DNA of 64,000 bases from an uncultured delta proteobacterium (GTDB lineage: Bacteria; Desulfobacterota; RBG-13-43-22): NCBI GenBank assembly GCA_963802945.1, contig CAWDKY010000053.1, positions 96,001-160,000 on the forward strand. Reading direction: 5' to 3'. Shown here piece after piece: positions 32,472 through 41,677 of this stretch (position 1 is the first letter of the stretch; each line of letters begins with the position of its first letter). The notes beneath the pieces are model-generated. The model had not been told where the DNA came from, did not search any database, and saw only the letters and a program-made list of their open reading frames with translations. A program made the translations under genes and the position numbers.

Positions 32472-33011
32472 ATGAATGAGATAAAAGGGAAAGTCTGGAA
32501 ACTGGGAAACAATATTGATACAGATCTCATTGCACCTGGGCAGTATCTGGATGCTCCAATGGATGAGGTGGCCAAGCACGTATTTGAGAGTATTAGGCCA
32601 GAATTTGCAAAAGAGGTGCATAAAGGTGACATCCTTATTGCGGGTAGAAATTTCGGATGCGGCTCAAGCCGGGAGAATGCCCCTGAGGCGCTTAAAAAGC
32701 TAGGCATTGGCTGCATCGTAGCCGAATCATTTGCACGTATCTTCTTCCGCAATTCGATTGCGATAGGTCTTCCGGTTGTCATATGCCACAACATTTCATC
32801 GGTGTTTAACGAAGGAGAAATTGCCAGCATAGACTTCAGACAAGCATGCATTCAGAATATTTCCAAAGGGGTCGAGATTCACGGTGAGACCTTCTCGGAT
32901 GAAATATTGTCTATAGTGGAGAGCGGAGGAATCCTAGAAAAGATCAAACAGAATAGAAAATCATTGAAAGGAGGCAATTGTGAAACGCAAGAAATTACGG
33001 ACAAAGATTGA
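32472..33011 (+). CDS. Dehydratase small subunit (LeuD/DmdB type)
   Basis: NIDTDLIAP, NFGCGSSRE, SFARIFFRN. Confidence 0.92.
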   Translation: MNEIKGKVWKLGNNIDTDLIAPGQYLDAPMDEVAKHVFESIRPEFAKEVHKGDILIAGRNFGCGSSRENAPEALKKLGIGCIVAESFARIFFRNSIAIGLPVVICHNISSVFNEGEIASIDFRQACIQNISKGVEIHGETFSDEILSIVESGGILEKIKQNRKSLKGGNCETQEITDKD

Positions 33012-33843
33012 AACTAAAAATTTTGTCCAGGCACCGGGCGTTTATGACTCTCTGACGGCGAAGATTGTTGAGGCGCAGGGGTTTGATGCCCTATACATGA
33101 CCGGCTACGGGACGGCAGCCAGCAAATTCGGGCTACCTGATACGGGATTCCTTACTCTAACCGAAATGGTGGATAACGCAGGCCGCATTGCCGATGCCGT
33201 AAATATCCCCCTGATCGCTGATGCCGATACGGGATACGGGAATGCCATAAACGTTGTACGCACGGTCCGCGAATTTGAGAAGGCCGGGGTGGCTGCCATC
33301 CATATTGAGGATCAGACCTGGCCCAAGCGATGTGGACATATGGCTGGCAAGAGCGTCATCGACGCCAAAGAGATGGTCGCGAAGATCAAAGCCGCGGTGG
33401 ATGCCCGTATAGATCCGAATTTTCTTATTATAGCCAGGACTGATGCACTCGCCACCCACGGATTTGAACAGGCCATCGAACGCGGACAGATGTATGCCCA
33501 GGCTGGCGCAGATATCCTCTTCATCGAGGCTCCAATTAATAAGGAGCAGGTTGAACAAATTCCACGGTTGCTATCTCCCAGGCCCACCCTTTTGAATTTG
33601 GCCCCCCGCACTCCAAATTTTTCCCGTGAAGAGATAGAAAACATGGGGTATGCCGTTGCTATCTATCCCGGGGTCTGTCTGGCCGCGGTGATTTCCGCCT
33701 GCACCGAGGAAGTAAAAAGGCTGAAGGAAACCGGCAAATCGCGTGATTGGGGCGACTCGTTGCAATCGTTTCTCGATCTCAATAATTTTTTGGGCGTCAA
33801 TTATTACAATGAACTGGAACAAAAGTATAAAGCCCAGGATTAA
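32980..33843 (+). CDS. Isocitrate lyase/PEP mutase family lyase (PrpB / 2,3-dimethylmalate lyase-like)
   Basis: DADTGYG, IEDQ..PKRCGH, IIARTDA. Confidence 0.92.
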   Translation: MKRKKLRTKIETKNFVQAPGVYDSLTAKIVEAQGFDALYMTGYGTAASKFGLPDTGFLTLTEMVDNAGRIADAVNIPLIADADTGYGNAINVVRTVREFEKAGVAAIHIEDQTWPKRCGHMAGKSVIDAKEMVAKIKAAVDARIDPNFLIIARTDALATHGFEQAIERGQMYAQAGADILFIEAPINKEQVEQIPRLLSPRPTLLNLAPRTPNFSREEIENMGYAVAIYPGVCLAAVISACTEEVKRLKETGKSRDWGDSLQSFLDLNNFLGVNYYNELEQKYKAQD

Positions 33844-33909
33844 ACGGACCATCGGCCTTCCGGCCAAGTGAAGGCTGGTGTAAGAATAAAAATAAAATTG
33901 GAGGAAATT

Positions 33910-35349
33910 GTGGATAGATTAAAAGTGTCGGCCTCTCGTGAGGCAAGTGATCCCAACGGGCCGACTGGACGTCTGGCGACATGGTTGACAAATCTTAAAC
34001 TGGAGGATGTACCAGCCCCCGTACAAGAAAGGGCCAAATACCTGATGCTGGATGGACTGGGATGTGCCATCGTTGGAGCCAAATTACCGTGGTCGATTAC
34101 AGCGGTAGATACCGTGTTACCTCTCGAAGGCCGGGGTGATAAGACGGTCATCGGCTGGGGAATAAAGACCAGCACGCCCGGGGCCGCTCTTTTAAACGGT
34201 ACATTTATCCAGGGCTTTGAGCTTGATGATTTCCATCCCCTTGGCATTCTCCACAATGCATCGTTAGTGGTTCCGTCTTTACTGGCTTGCGCCGAGCAAA
34301 TCGGAGATGTCAACGGAGATCAACTTCTCAAGGGGATGATCGCCGGTTTTGAAGTAGGTCCCAGGGTCGGCATGGCCTTACATGGCGGTGAAATGTTGAC
34401 TAGGGGATGGCATAGCGGATCGGTTTTTGGAACGTTCGCCAGTGCTGCCGCCGCAGGCACCCTTCTTAAGCTTGATCCCGCCGGATTTGAGGACGCCCTG
34501 GGCCTGGCCGGGACACAGTCCGCCGGATTGATGGCCGCGGAGTTTGAAGCCATGAGCAAGCGCATGCACCATGGTTTCAGCTCCCGGAACGGTCTCTATG
34601 CGGCCTTTCTGGCGGCCGGCGGTTACACAGGTATAAAGCGGGTCTTTGAACGCCCTTATGGAGGTTTTCTTTCCACCTCCGGCGAAGGGCACTCCCCTGA
34701 CGAGTCACAAATCTGTGATACGCTGGGCAAGGTATGGGAAACAGATCGCATCACCCTTAAGCCCTACGCGGCCCAGGGCGGACTTCATAACCCACTGGAC
34801 TGCCTATTCGAAATCAGCACCAAGCGGCCTCTCCATGCCGATGAAATAGAAAGCATCGATATCGAGCTCTCGGAATCCATGTTCCATCATGGATGGTGGA
34901 TTTTAGAACGCCCCTTATCGACTATTGGAGCGCAAATGAACGTTGCTTATGTCATCGCTGTGGCGATATTGGACGGGGCCGTCCTGGTTCAGCAGTTTTC
35001 GCCGCACCGCATTGGTAGCGATGATGTCTGGGAACTCATTCCCAAAATTACCGCCCATCATAACCCGGAGTTTGACGCTCTCGGTCCTATGGGCCGCGGG
35101 CGCACCCGTTTAAAGATAAAATTCAAGGATGTCAGCATCCTTGAATCGATCAGGATGGTTCCCCGTTCCATCGAAAAGCCCCTCAGTAATCAGGAGATAG
35201 CAGAGAAATACCGGGCTTTGACCCATGGACTGATTGATCAACACCGGCAGGCGGAGATTGAAGCGAAAGTGGTCTCCTTGGAAAAACTGCGCAATATCAG
35301 GGAATTAATCGCCTTGCTGGCCGATCCGGTAGGATCTGCCTTCGAATAG
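33910..35349 (+). CDS. MmgE/PrpD family protein, cis-aconitate decarboxylase (CadA)-like
   Basis: ERAKYLMLDG, FIQGFELDDFH...LH, GWHSG, KRMHHGF..RNG, ERPYGGFL, QMNVAY. GGAGG RBS before GTG 33910. Confidence 0.85.
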   Translation: MDRLKVSASREASDPNGPTGRLATWLTNLKLEDVPAPVQERAKYLMLDGLGCAIVGAKLPWSITAVDTVLPLEGRGDKTVIGWGIKTSTPGAALLNGTFIQGFELDDFHPLGILHNASLVVPSLLACAEQIGDVNGDQLLKGMIAGFEVGPRVGMALHGGEMLTRGWHSGSVFGTFASAAAAGTLLKLDPAGFEDALGLAGTQSAGLMAAEFEAMSKRMHHGFSSRNGLYAAFLAAGGYTGIKRVFERPYGGFLSTSGEGHSPDESQICDTLGKVWETDRITLKPYAAQGGLHNPLDCLFEISTKRPLHADEIESIDIELSESMFHHGWWILERPLSTIGAQMNVAYVIAVAILDGAVLVQQFSPHRIGSDDVWELIPKITAHHNPEFDALGPMGRGRTRLKIKFKDVSILESIRMVPRSIEKPLSNQEIAEKYRALTHGLIDQHRQAEIEAKVVSLEKLRNIRELIALLADPVGSAFE

Positions 35350-35385
35350 CCATGGTTCCGTCCACAAACAATAAAAGAGGTGATC

Positions 35386-35460
35386 TGGGGTGGTCCCCAA
35401 AAATTGGACAAGGTGATAAGCCCTGAGTTAGCCCAAAGGAAGCGGCGATGTCCAACCATT
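35386..35460 (+). mobile_element. Solo IS3-type left end (second copy)
   Basis: TGGGGTGGTCCCCAAAAATTGGACAA..tgataagc.ctga, as at 22409. Confidence 0.6.
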
Positions 35461-35464
35461 TCTC

Positions 35465-35600
35465 CCATATTTCCATCCGTACTCGTTAATTTTTCGGTTT
35501 ATCTGTTTAAAGCATTAGTAGGTGTACTCGAGGAATTCGCTAAAGTAAGACCATTTTCGAGAAAACTTGAGGGCTTCTTCCTGTAATGTTGTTTTTCTTA
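35465..35600 (+). repeat. Island spacer element (copy G, 5' part; uninterrupted equivalent of the IS110 site)
   Basis: atatttccatccgtactcgttaatt...cattagtaggtgtactcg...gaccattttcgagaaaacttgagggcttcttcctgtaatgttg. Confidence 0.65.
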
Positions 35601-35719
35601 TTTTATAAATTTATGCAACCTTTCAATCAGAAATAATCAAAAAAGCTGAACTCAAAATTAATATGTGGTACAAGTATTTGGGACAGGTATGCTTCAATAC
35701 AAAATAGCAGGGTGGCGTA

Positions 35720-36109
35720 ATGAATAAACAATTACGAAGCATAATTGCGGTAATACTCACTTGCATTTGGGTGAATGCATCTGAGTTTTTTAGAAATGAG
35801 ATTCTTCTAAAAACATATTGGGTTGACCATTATCAATCACTCGGAAATGCTTTTCCCTCTGAACCGAAGAATGGAATGATATGGTTTGCATGGGGATTAT
35901 TGTTTGCCATAGCTATTTATTTAATCTCAAAAAAATTCAATTTAATACAAATGGCACTCATCAGTTGGCTTATGGCATTTGTTTTGATGTGGGTTGTTAC
36001 TTTGAATCTAAACGTACTCCCAATTGCTATTCTTATTTATGCTGTTCCACTGAGTCTGTTTGAAGCCTTTCTGGGTTCTTATATTTGTATAAAGATATCT
36101 CCAAATTAA
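35720..36109 (+). CDS. Hypothetical 4-TM membrane protein, integron-cassette-like
   Basis: AT-rich, four hydrophobic helices, attC-like site 6 bp after the stop. Confidence 0.7.
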   Translation: MNKQLRSIIAVILTCIWVNASEFFRNEILLKTYWVDHYQSLGNAFPSEPKNGMIWFAWGLLFAIAIYLISKKFNLIQMALISWLMAFVLMWVVTLNLNVLPIAILIYAVPLSLFEAFLGSYICIKISPN

Positions 36110-36115
36110 TTGAAC

Positions 36116-36173
36116 ACATAACCCACCAATCAACCGGACGACTTTCATTAAGCGGTTATCCGTGGCGTTTCAT
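36116..36173 (+). other. attC-like site
   Basis: ACATAAC...AATCAACCG...CGGTTAT...GTTTCAT: AAC/GTT core with L boxes showing an extra base. Confidence 0.55.
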
Positions 36174-36286
36174 CTTTAAAATAATAATTTATCAAATTAA
36201 GACATTTCAAAGTCGTTTGTTTTCTTCCATTAATATAAAAAAGGAGGTTCTTATCAATAAAGAATACCTGTGACGAAAAATAATCC

Positions 36287-36334
36287 TTGACAAACAATAA
36301 ATGTGTGGATATATATATGCATAAGAACATATAT
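36287..36334 (+). promoter_or_regulatory. sigma70 promoter overlapped by a palindromic operator (likely PadR autoregulation)
   Basis: TTGACA (36287), 17 bp, TATATA; inverted repeat ATATATG-N8-CATATAT at 36313-36334. Confidence 0.6.
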
Positions 36335-36357
36335 TCACCATAACATAATGAGAAAAA

Positions 36358-36927
36358 ATGTCTTTACCGCACGCACTGCTCGGATTGCTGAGTTACAGAC
36401 CAACGACCGGATATGATTTGAAATTGGCTTTTGCCAGTTCAATCGGAATGTTCTGGGACGCTTCCTTGCCCCAAATTTACAGGACTTTAGGACAAATGGG
36501 AAAAAACGGCTGGTTGTCTTATCGTATCGAGCAACAAAACGGCAAACCAAACCGTAAAATCTATAGCCTTACCGCTTCAGGCAAAAAAGAATTAAATGAA
36601 TGGTTAAGTAAGCCGCTGGAATTTCCTAAGGTAAGAAAGAATGAGATGCTGATAAAAATATTCTTCGGCAACAAAATCAGCAAGAAAGATTTAATAAAAC
36701 ATTTCAAAGAATGGCGTGGCAGTGCAGCCTCATTGCAAAAAAAATTAGAAAAGGACGTCAAGCCGATTGTCGCTCACTATGGTGACGTAACAGGCGCAAA
36801 GAATGATATGTATTTCTGGCTTTTAACCGCTGATTATGGACGGCGGCACGCCAAAATGATTGTGGAATGGTGTGATTCCGCGTTGGATTTTCTAGAAAAA
36901 GGGGAAAAGATTAAAATTAATAGATAA
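36358..36927 (+). CDS. PadR-family transcriptional regulator
   Basis: MSLPHALLGLL...TGYDL...WDASLPQIYRTL...KPNRKIYSLT..GK.EL..WL. Confidence 0.93.
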   Translation: MSLPHALLGLLSYRPTTGYDLKLAFASSIGMFWDASLPQIYRTLGQMGKNGWLSYRIEQQNGKPNRKIYSLTASGKKELNEWLSKPLEFPKVRKNEMLIKIFFGNKISKKDLIKHFKEWRGSAASLQKKLEKDVKPIVAHYGDVTGAKNDMYFWLLTADYGRRHAKMIVEWCDSALDFLEKGEKIKINR

Positions 36928-37061
36928 GAAAACAACTTGTGAATTTTAAAATTATCCGGGAGGAGTTATTTCATCATTTGGAGACTTTAGATTTAAAAAT
37001 ATTTTTGGAAGAAATAATATCTGTTCAATAATTGCATCACATAAATCATGAGGAGGATGAA

Positions 37062-38126
37062 ATGAAAGTATTGGCCCTTAATTCCAGTGCCAGAGTCGGG
37101 GATGTGAGCAAAACAGAAATTATGCTGGACTGTCTGGTCCATGGGATGCGTGAGGCCGGGGCCGAAGTAGAAGTCATTAACCTGCAAAAAAAGAAAATCA
37201 GATACTGCAGCGGATGTTTCACCTGCTGGACCAAAACTCCCGGTCTGTGCATTCACAAAGATGATATGACCAAGGAAATCTTTCCCAAATGGTTAGCCTG
37301 CGACCTGTGTGTGCTGGCTACCCCCCTTTTTCATTATACCATCAATGCCCTAATGAAAACCTTTATCGAAAGAACCCTTCCGGCCGCCTTGCCTTTTTTC
37401 GTGGAAAGAGACGGGGTCACAAGGCATCCTCGTCGGTACGAATTGCCTTTGGTGGCTGTAGTTTCCGTGGCCGGGTTTCCCGAGGAAAGTGTTTTCGATC
37501 AGCTCAAGCCTTATATAAACTTCTTATTCAGAGACCGATTGGTAGCTGAAATTTATAGAACCTCGGCGGAAATCCTTCGAGCCGACACCAAGAACGAAAA
37601 ACTAAGGGACATCCTTGCGGCCACAATCCAGGCGGGAAAAGAATTAGTTAAAACTGGAAAAATTTCTCCGGAGACCATGGAAAGGATCAAAAACCCCATA
37701 ACCGACTTCAAAAAAATGGCACCGATTGGAAATTGCGCCTGGCAAACCTGTATTGACGAGAGAGTTACCATGGGAGAATTTCAAAAACGGAATATGGTGC
37801 CCCGTCCCGATTCGATTGGAACATTCCTGGCTATCATGAAGATGGCTTTCAACCCCACAAAGGCTGGAGATGCCAAAGTGACCATGCAGTACAACTTCTC
37901 CGGCCAGGTGGAAGGCCGCTGTTATTTTTCCATTGAGAATGGAGAATTAAAGGCAGAGGAGGGGCAAATTGCCAACCCTGACTTGACTATTGAAACACCT
38001 TTTGAAGTTTGGATGGATATCCTTACCGGTAAAGCCGAAGGGGCTCAGATGCTGATGGACGGCAAATATTCAGTCTCCGGCCAAACAGACCTGCTTCTCA
38101 AAATGAACCAATTCTTCGGGGAATGA
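37062..38126 (+). CDS. Iron-sulfur flavoprotein (flavodoxin-like) fused to an SCP2 sterol-carrier domain
   Basis: MKVLALNSSAR, CSGCFTCW...C..KDDM, ATP, MKTFIER. C-terminal PDLTI...W.DI..GK.EG.QMLM.GKY.V.G. Confidence 0.85.
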   Translation: MKVLALNSSARVGDVSKTEIMLDCLVHGMREAGAEVEVINLQKKKIRYCSGCFTCWTKTPGLCIHKDDMTKEIFPKWLACDLCVLATPLFHYTINALMKTFIERTLPAALPFFVERDGVTRHPRRYELPLVAVVSVAGFPEESVFDQLKPYINFLFRDRLVAEIYRTSAEILRADTKNEKLRDILAATIQAGKELVKTGKISPETMERIKNPITDFKKMAPIGNCAWQTCIDERVTMGEFQKRNMVPRPDSIGTFLAIMKMAFNPTKAGDAKVTMQYNFSGQVEGRCYFSIENGELKAEEGQIANPDLTIETPFEVWMDILTGKAEGAQMLMDGKYSVSGQTDLLLKMNQFFGE

Positions 38127-38149
38127 ACTATGACGGCTTCTCAAAATGA

Positions 38150-38335
38150 GGCGTGCATTCCGGACCGCTGCCGGCTACAGTTGGCCGAACTGCTCAGGCC
38201 ATAAGCCACCTCGACTTTTCCAACGCTGAGTTCCATGACATGAAAATGCAGCCATCCCTGGAAAGAGCATTGAGGCATAAAGAGATATTAAAGGAATAAG
38301 ATTATGGCCTTGCCTTTTTACGCACATTTCAATCG
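38150..38335 (+). pseudogene. TPR-protein C-terminal remnant followed by GCACATTTCAA
   Basis: RLQLAELL...AISHLDFSNAEFHDMKMQPSLERALRHKEILKE*, homologous to 41390..41656. Confidence 0.7.
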
Positions 38336-38383
38336 GAGCATTGCCTGGTTGGAACGCATCAAATCTTAATAAGGAGCAAGGAA

Positions 38384-39748
38384 ATGACAACTGCAGCGGA
38401 AGCATTAAGCGAATTCACCTATAATCTCAAGTACGAAGATCTTTCGAATGGCGTTGTTAAAAAAAGTAAGCAATTACTCCTGGACACTCTGGGCTGCGCG
38501 CTCGGCGGATACTTAAGCGAGCCAAGCCGTATTGTGCGAAGCATGGTCAAGGATCTGGGGGGCAGACCCGAAGCGACTGTTATCGGGAGCGGAGACAGGA
38601 CTTCCAGCCCGAACGCTGTTCTGGCAAATTGTGTCATGGTTCGGTATCTGGATTTTATGGATATTTACTTTAATAAGGATGGTTGTCATCCAAGTGAGAA
38701 CATTCCTACGGCTTTAGCCGTGGGAGAACGGACCCAAGCCCTTGGCAAGGACCTGTTAACGGCCATCGTGATTGGATTCGAAATACAGCAGCGGTTCGCC
38801 GACGCCATACCCTGTCATTTATTACAATGGCATCATGTGACCATTGCCGGATATGTTACACCTCTGATAGCCGGCAAGTTGCTCGGGTTGAACCAAGATC
38901 AATTAACCCATGCCGTCGGCATTTCTGGGAGTCATAATCACGCCCTTGCTGACTTACTGGGCGAATGGTGGCGAGGGACTGGCCAAATCAGTATGATGAA
39001 GGCTATTGGTTATGGATTCGGTTCCCAGAGCGGGATCATAGCTGCACTCCTGGCCCAGAAGGGCTTTACCGGGCCGAACACGATCATTGAGAGTTTTGGC
39101 CGGGTGGTGGCCAAGGAAGAGAACTTGGCCCCAATCATTAGCGGTGGGGATCGATTTAAAATTCTAGATACCAGTCTCAAGGCCTATCCCTCCGAGTACC
39201 TATCGCAAAGTTCCTTAGACGCCATGTTCGAGTTGATCAGGAAGCACAACATCCAAGCTGAGGACGTCGAAGCTATCAATATCAAAACCCACTCATACGT
39301 ATCCATCCTGACCCAGCTGTCATCCTACAAACCAGAAACACGGGAGTCTGCAGACCACAGCCTGCCTTACTGTCTAGCTGTGGGCCTGATCGAGGGCGAG
39401 CTTGGACCGGACCAGTTCAAACGAGAACAATGGAAGGACCCAAAGGTCCTTGACTTGATGTCTAGGATCAAGATCGAGATCGATAAGGAACTTAGCGCAC
39501 TCTATCCCCCGGCCAGACCGGTGATCCTGGAAATCAGAATTAAGAATGGAGAATGCTATAAAACCCGCGTAGATTATCCACGGGGCGATCCGCATAACCC
39601 GATGACGGACAAGGAAACCGAGGCCAAGTTTAAGAAACTGGCCGGGAATTTAATCCAGGAGAGTCAGATGCGGGAGATTATTGACCTTGTCAATCATATC
39701 GAAGAGATTTCCAACGTGTCGGAATTGATGGAGCATCTGGTTGTTTAA
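38384..39748 (+). CDS. MmgE/PrpD family protein (2-methylcitrate dehydratase-like)
   Basis: LLDTLGCA, RYLDFMD...CHPSENIP, TRESADHSLPY, PRGDPHNPM. Confidence 0.9.
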   Translation: MTTAAEALSEFTYNLKYEDLSNGVVKKSKQLLLDTLGCALGGYLSEPSRIVRSMVKDLGGRPEATVIGSGDRTSSPNAVLANCVMVRYLDFMDIYFNKDGCHPSENIPTALAVGERTQALGKDLLTAIVIGFEIQQRFADAIPCHLLQWHHVTIAGYVTPLIAGKLLGLNQDQLTHAVGISGSHNHALADLLGEWWRGTGQISMMKAIGYGFGSQSGIIAALLAQKGFTGPNTIIESFGRVVAKEENLAPIISGGDRFKILDTSLKAYPSEYLSQSSLDAMFELIRKHNIQAEDVEAINIKTHSYVSILTQLSSYKPETRESADHSLPYCLAVGLIEGELGPDQFKREQWKDPKVLDLMSRIKIEIDKELSALYPPARPVILEIRIKNGECYKTRVDYPRGDPHNPMTDKETEAKFKKLAGNLIQESQMREIIDLVNHIEEISNVSELMEHLVV

Positions 39749-39807
39749 TCAAGGGTTGGAATGCCGTTACCCATAACAACCTGTTTGGATGTATGGCAGG
39801 GCGATGA

Positions 39808-39877
39808 GCATCTTCAGCAAGTAGGAGACACAAAGGGCTTTTTTTAGTTTGTAGATATTAGTATTGGCCTGCGTGGA
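39808..39877 (+). repeat. ~70-bp direct repeat, copy 1
   Basis: gcatcttcagcaagtaggagacacaaagggctttttttagtttgtagatattagtattggcctgcgtgga, about 4 differences from 41328..41398. Confidence 0.9.
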
Positions 39878-39956
39878 CGACTTTCTCACAGGGAATTTTG
39901 GCCTGATTTTTGGCCGTCGTTAATACTTAATATTTGGGTAAAAGGAGGAATTAAAT

Positions 39957-41186
39957 ATGATTAAAAAAACGATTCACCTGATACTTGTTATTGCTGTTGC
40001 CGTTTCTTTCTGGGTTTGTTTTGACACTTTATCCGCTGCGGCGGCGGATCCGTCCCTCAGCCCTTTTCAAGATGTGGAGAACTTCGGACCACTAAGAAGG
40101 CTAATGGTCTGGTCGCCGAGACAAAAACTGGCCGGCTTCCGAAACATAAATAAACTCTATCCAACCAGAAAGGTCGAGCGGGGGGACCATGTCTATCCCC
40201 TTTGTCAAGAGCCCATAGATTTATCCGGGGTGCGCTACGAGGTTAACGGAAAAACATATACGTTTAATGATTTTATCTCTCACAATAAGGTTGTGGGGTT
40301 TTTGGTCATTAAAAATGATCGAATCGTGGCAGAACGTTATGAAATGGGGAATACGGACACCGCACGGTGGATCGCCTTTTCCGTTACCAAATCAGTGGTT
40401 CCCTTGTTGGTGGGGGCGGCGATTCATGATGGCTTCATCAAAAGCATCGATGATAAATTAACCGATTATATCCCTCAATTAAAAGGATCAGCCTATGATG
40501 CAGTTTCCATTCGGAACTTGCTTCAGATGGCGTCGGGAGTGGAATGGAATGAAGATTACATGGACCCCAAATCAGATGTGAATACCATGCCTATGAGCGA
40601 CATGGTGAAGTTTTACGAGTTTCTCAGCAAGAAAAAGCGGGTAGCCAAGCCGGGTGAGAAATTTAACTATAATACCGCTGAAACAAGTCTTGCGGGAGCG
40701 GTAGTGCGAGCTGCCATTGGAAATAACCTGTCCACTTATCTGTCGAATAAAATCTGGGAGCCTTTTGGAATGGAATCAGACGGCTACTGGTGGCTTCAAG
40801 GACCGGGCGGAGGTGAGATTGCCGGAATGGGTCTCAATGTAACCCTCCGAGATTTTGGACGTCTCGGGCTCTTTGCCTTGAATGAGGGAAAACTTGCCAA
40901 TGGCGTCCGCGTCCTGCCTGAGAATTGGATGAAAGAATCAACAACTCCATCCAAAGGCTATCCGGGCTATGGCTATTTCTGGTGGCTTGGGATGAATGGG
41001 AAAAAAAATGTTTATTCAGCACGGGGAATTTTCGGCCAGCTCATATACATCGATCCGGATCAGAATCTGGTCATCGCCACTCAGAGTATATGGGACTACC
41101 CTGTGTCAGATTTATTTGAGTCGCATCGGAATGCATTTGTGACCGCGGTTGATGATTATCTCCGCACCCATGGGCCTAAAAATTGA
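39957..41186 (+). CDS. Secreted serine hydrolase (class C beta-lactamase / 6-aminohexanoate-dimer hydrolase family)
   Basis: Signal peptide, FSVTKS (SxxK), LLQMASG, FNYN (YxN), YGYFWW, ARGIFGQ. Confidence 0.9.
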   Translation: MIKKTIHLILVIAVAVSFWVCFDTLSAAAADPSLSPFQDVENFGPLRRLMVWSPRQKLAGFRNINKLYPTRKVERGDHVYPLCQEPIDLSGVRYEVNGKTYTFNDFISHNKVVGFLVIKNDRIVAERYEMGNTDTARWIAFSVTKSVVPLLVGAAIHDGFIKSIDDKLTDYIPQLKGSAYDAVSIRNLLQMASGVEWNEDYMDPKSDVNTMPMSDMVKFYEFLSKKKRVAKPGEKFNYNTAETSLAGAVVRAAIGNNLSTYLSNKIWEPFGMESDGYWWLQGPGGGEIAGMGLNVTLRDFGRLGLFALNEGKLANGVRVLPENWMKESTTPSKGYPGYGYFWWLGMNGKKNVYSARGIFGQLIYIDPDQNLVIATQSIWDYPVSDLFESHRNAFVTAVDDYLRTHGPKN

Positions 41187-41320
41187 AAAAGAAAGTCCTT
41201 GGTCAACTCCAGGCATCTTTATTATGAGCATTAACCTTGCCAAGCGCAGAGACATGTTACAAAAATTATCTAATGTGAAATGGGATATTTTGGTTTTTGA
41301 TAAAAGCCATTTGTTATTGA
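41187..41320 (+). pseudogene. SNF2/helicase internal fragment
   Basis: SPWSTPGIFIMSINLAKR...WDILVFDKSHLL, resembling a decayed WDxxxxDEAH motif. Confidence 0.45.
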
Positions 41321-41327
41321 ATGGTGT

Positions 41328-41398
41328 GCATCTTCAGCAAGTATGAGACACAAAGGGCTTTTTTTTAGTTTGTAGATTTTAGTATTGGCCTGGGTGGA
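41328..41398 (+). repeat. ~70-bp direct repeat, copy 2
   Basis: Near-identical to 39808..39877; runs directly into the TPR remnant. Confidence 0.9.
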
Positions 41399-41656
41399 GC
41401 GGCGGCTCTGCTGGGCCGATATGAAGAGGCCCGGAACCATTACCAGGAAGCCATCAAGGCCTGCACAGAGATGAAGTTTAGGCCGGAGCTGGCGCTGAGT
41501 CGCCTTGAGCTTGCGGAGTTGTTGCTGAAGCATTATCCGCAGGAAAAGTCGGAGGCTATCGCCGCCTTGGACTTCGTCATCCCCGAATTCCGTGACATGA
41601 AGATGAACACCTACCTGGAACGGGCGCTCAGACACAAAGAGATATTAAAGGCATAA
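41390..41656 (+). pseudogene. TPR-protein C-terminal remnant (adenylate cyclase/AAA/TPR type)
   Basis: LGGAAALLGRYEEARNHYQEAIKACTEMKFRPELALSRLELAELLL...EFRDMKMNTYLERALRHKEILKA*. No N-terminus. Confidence 0.75.
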
Positions 41657-41677
41657 GGCTTTGACTCTGCTTTTTTA

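Noticed and set aside
31203-33011. Calling these the leucine biosynthesis genes leuC/leuD
   Set aside because: No leuA/leuB nearby; the context is a lyase plus MmgE/PrpD inside an island.
16955-35535. Spacer core TTCGTAGGTGTA.TCGTTAAAT as a Xer dif/pdif site
   Set aside because: It superficially resembles ATTTCGTATAA-GGTGTA-TTATGTTAAAT but lacks the inner TAA/TTA arms and the 11-6-11 geometry, so it is not called.
39860-39890. Direct-repeat end as a tRNA 3' remnant (minus strand ...TCCACGCAGGCCA)
   Set aside because: Ends in CCA but has no GTTCRA T-loop; too weak without a search.
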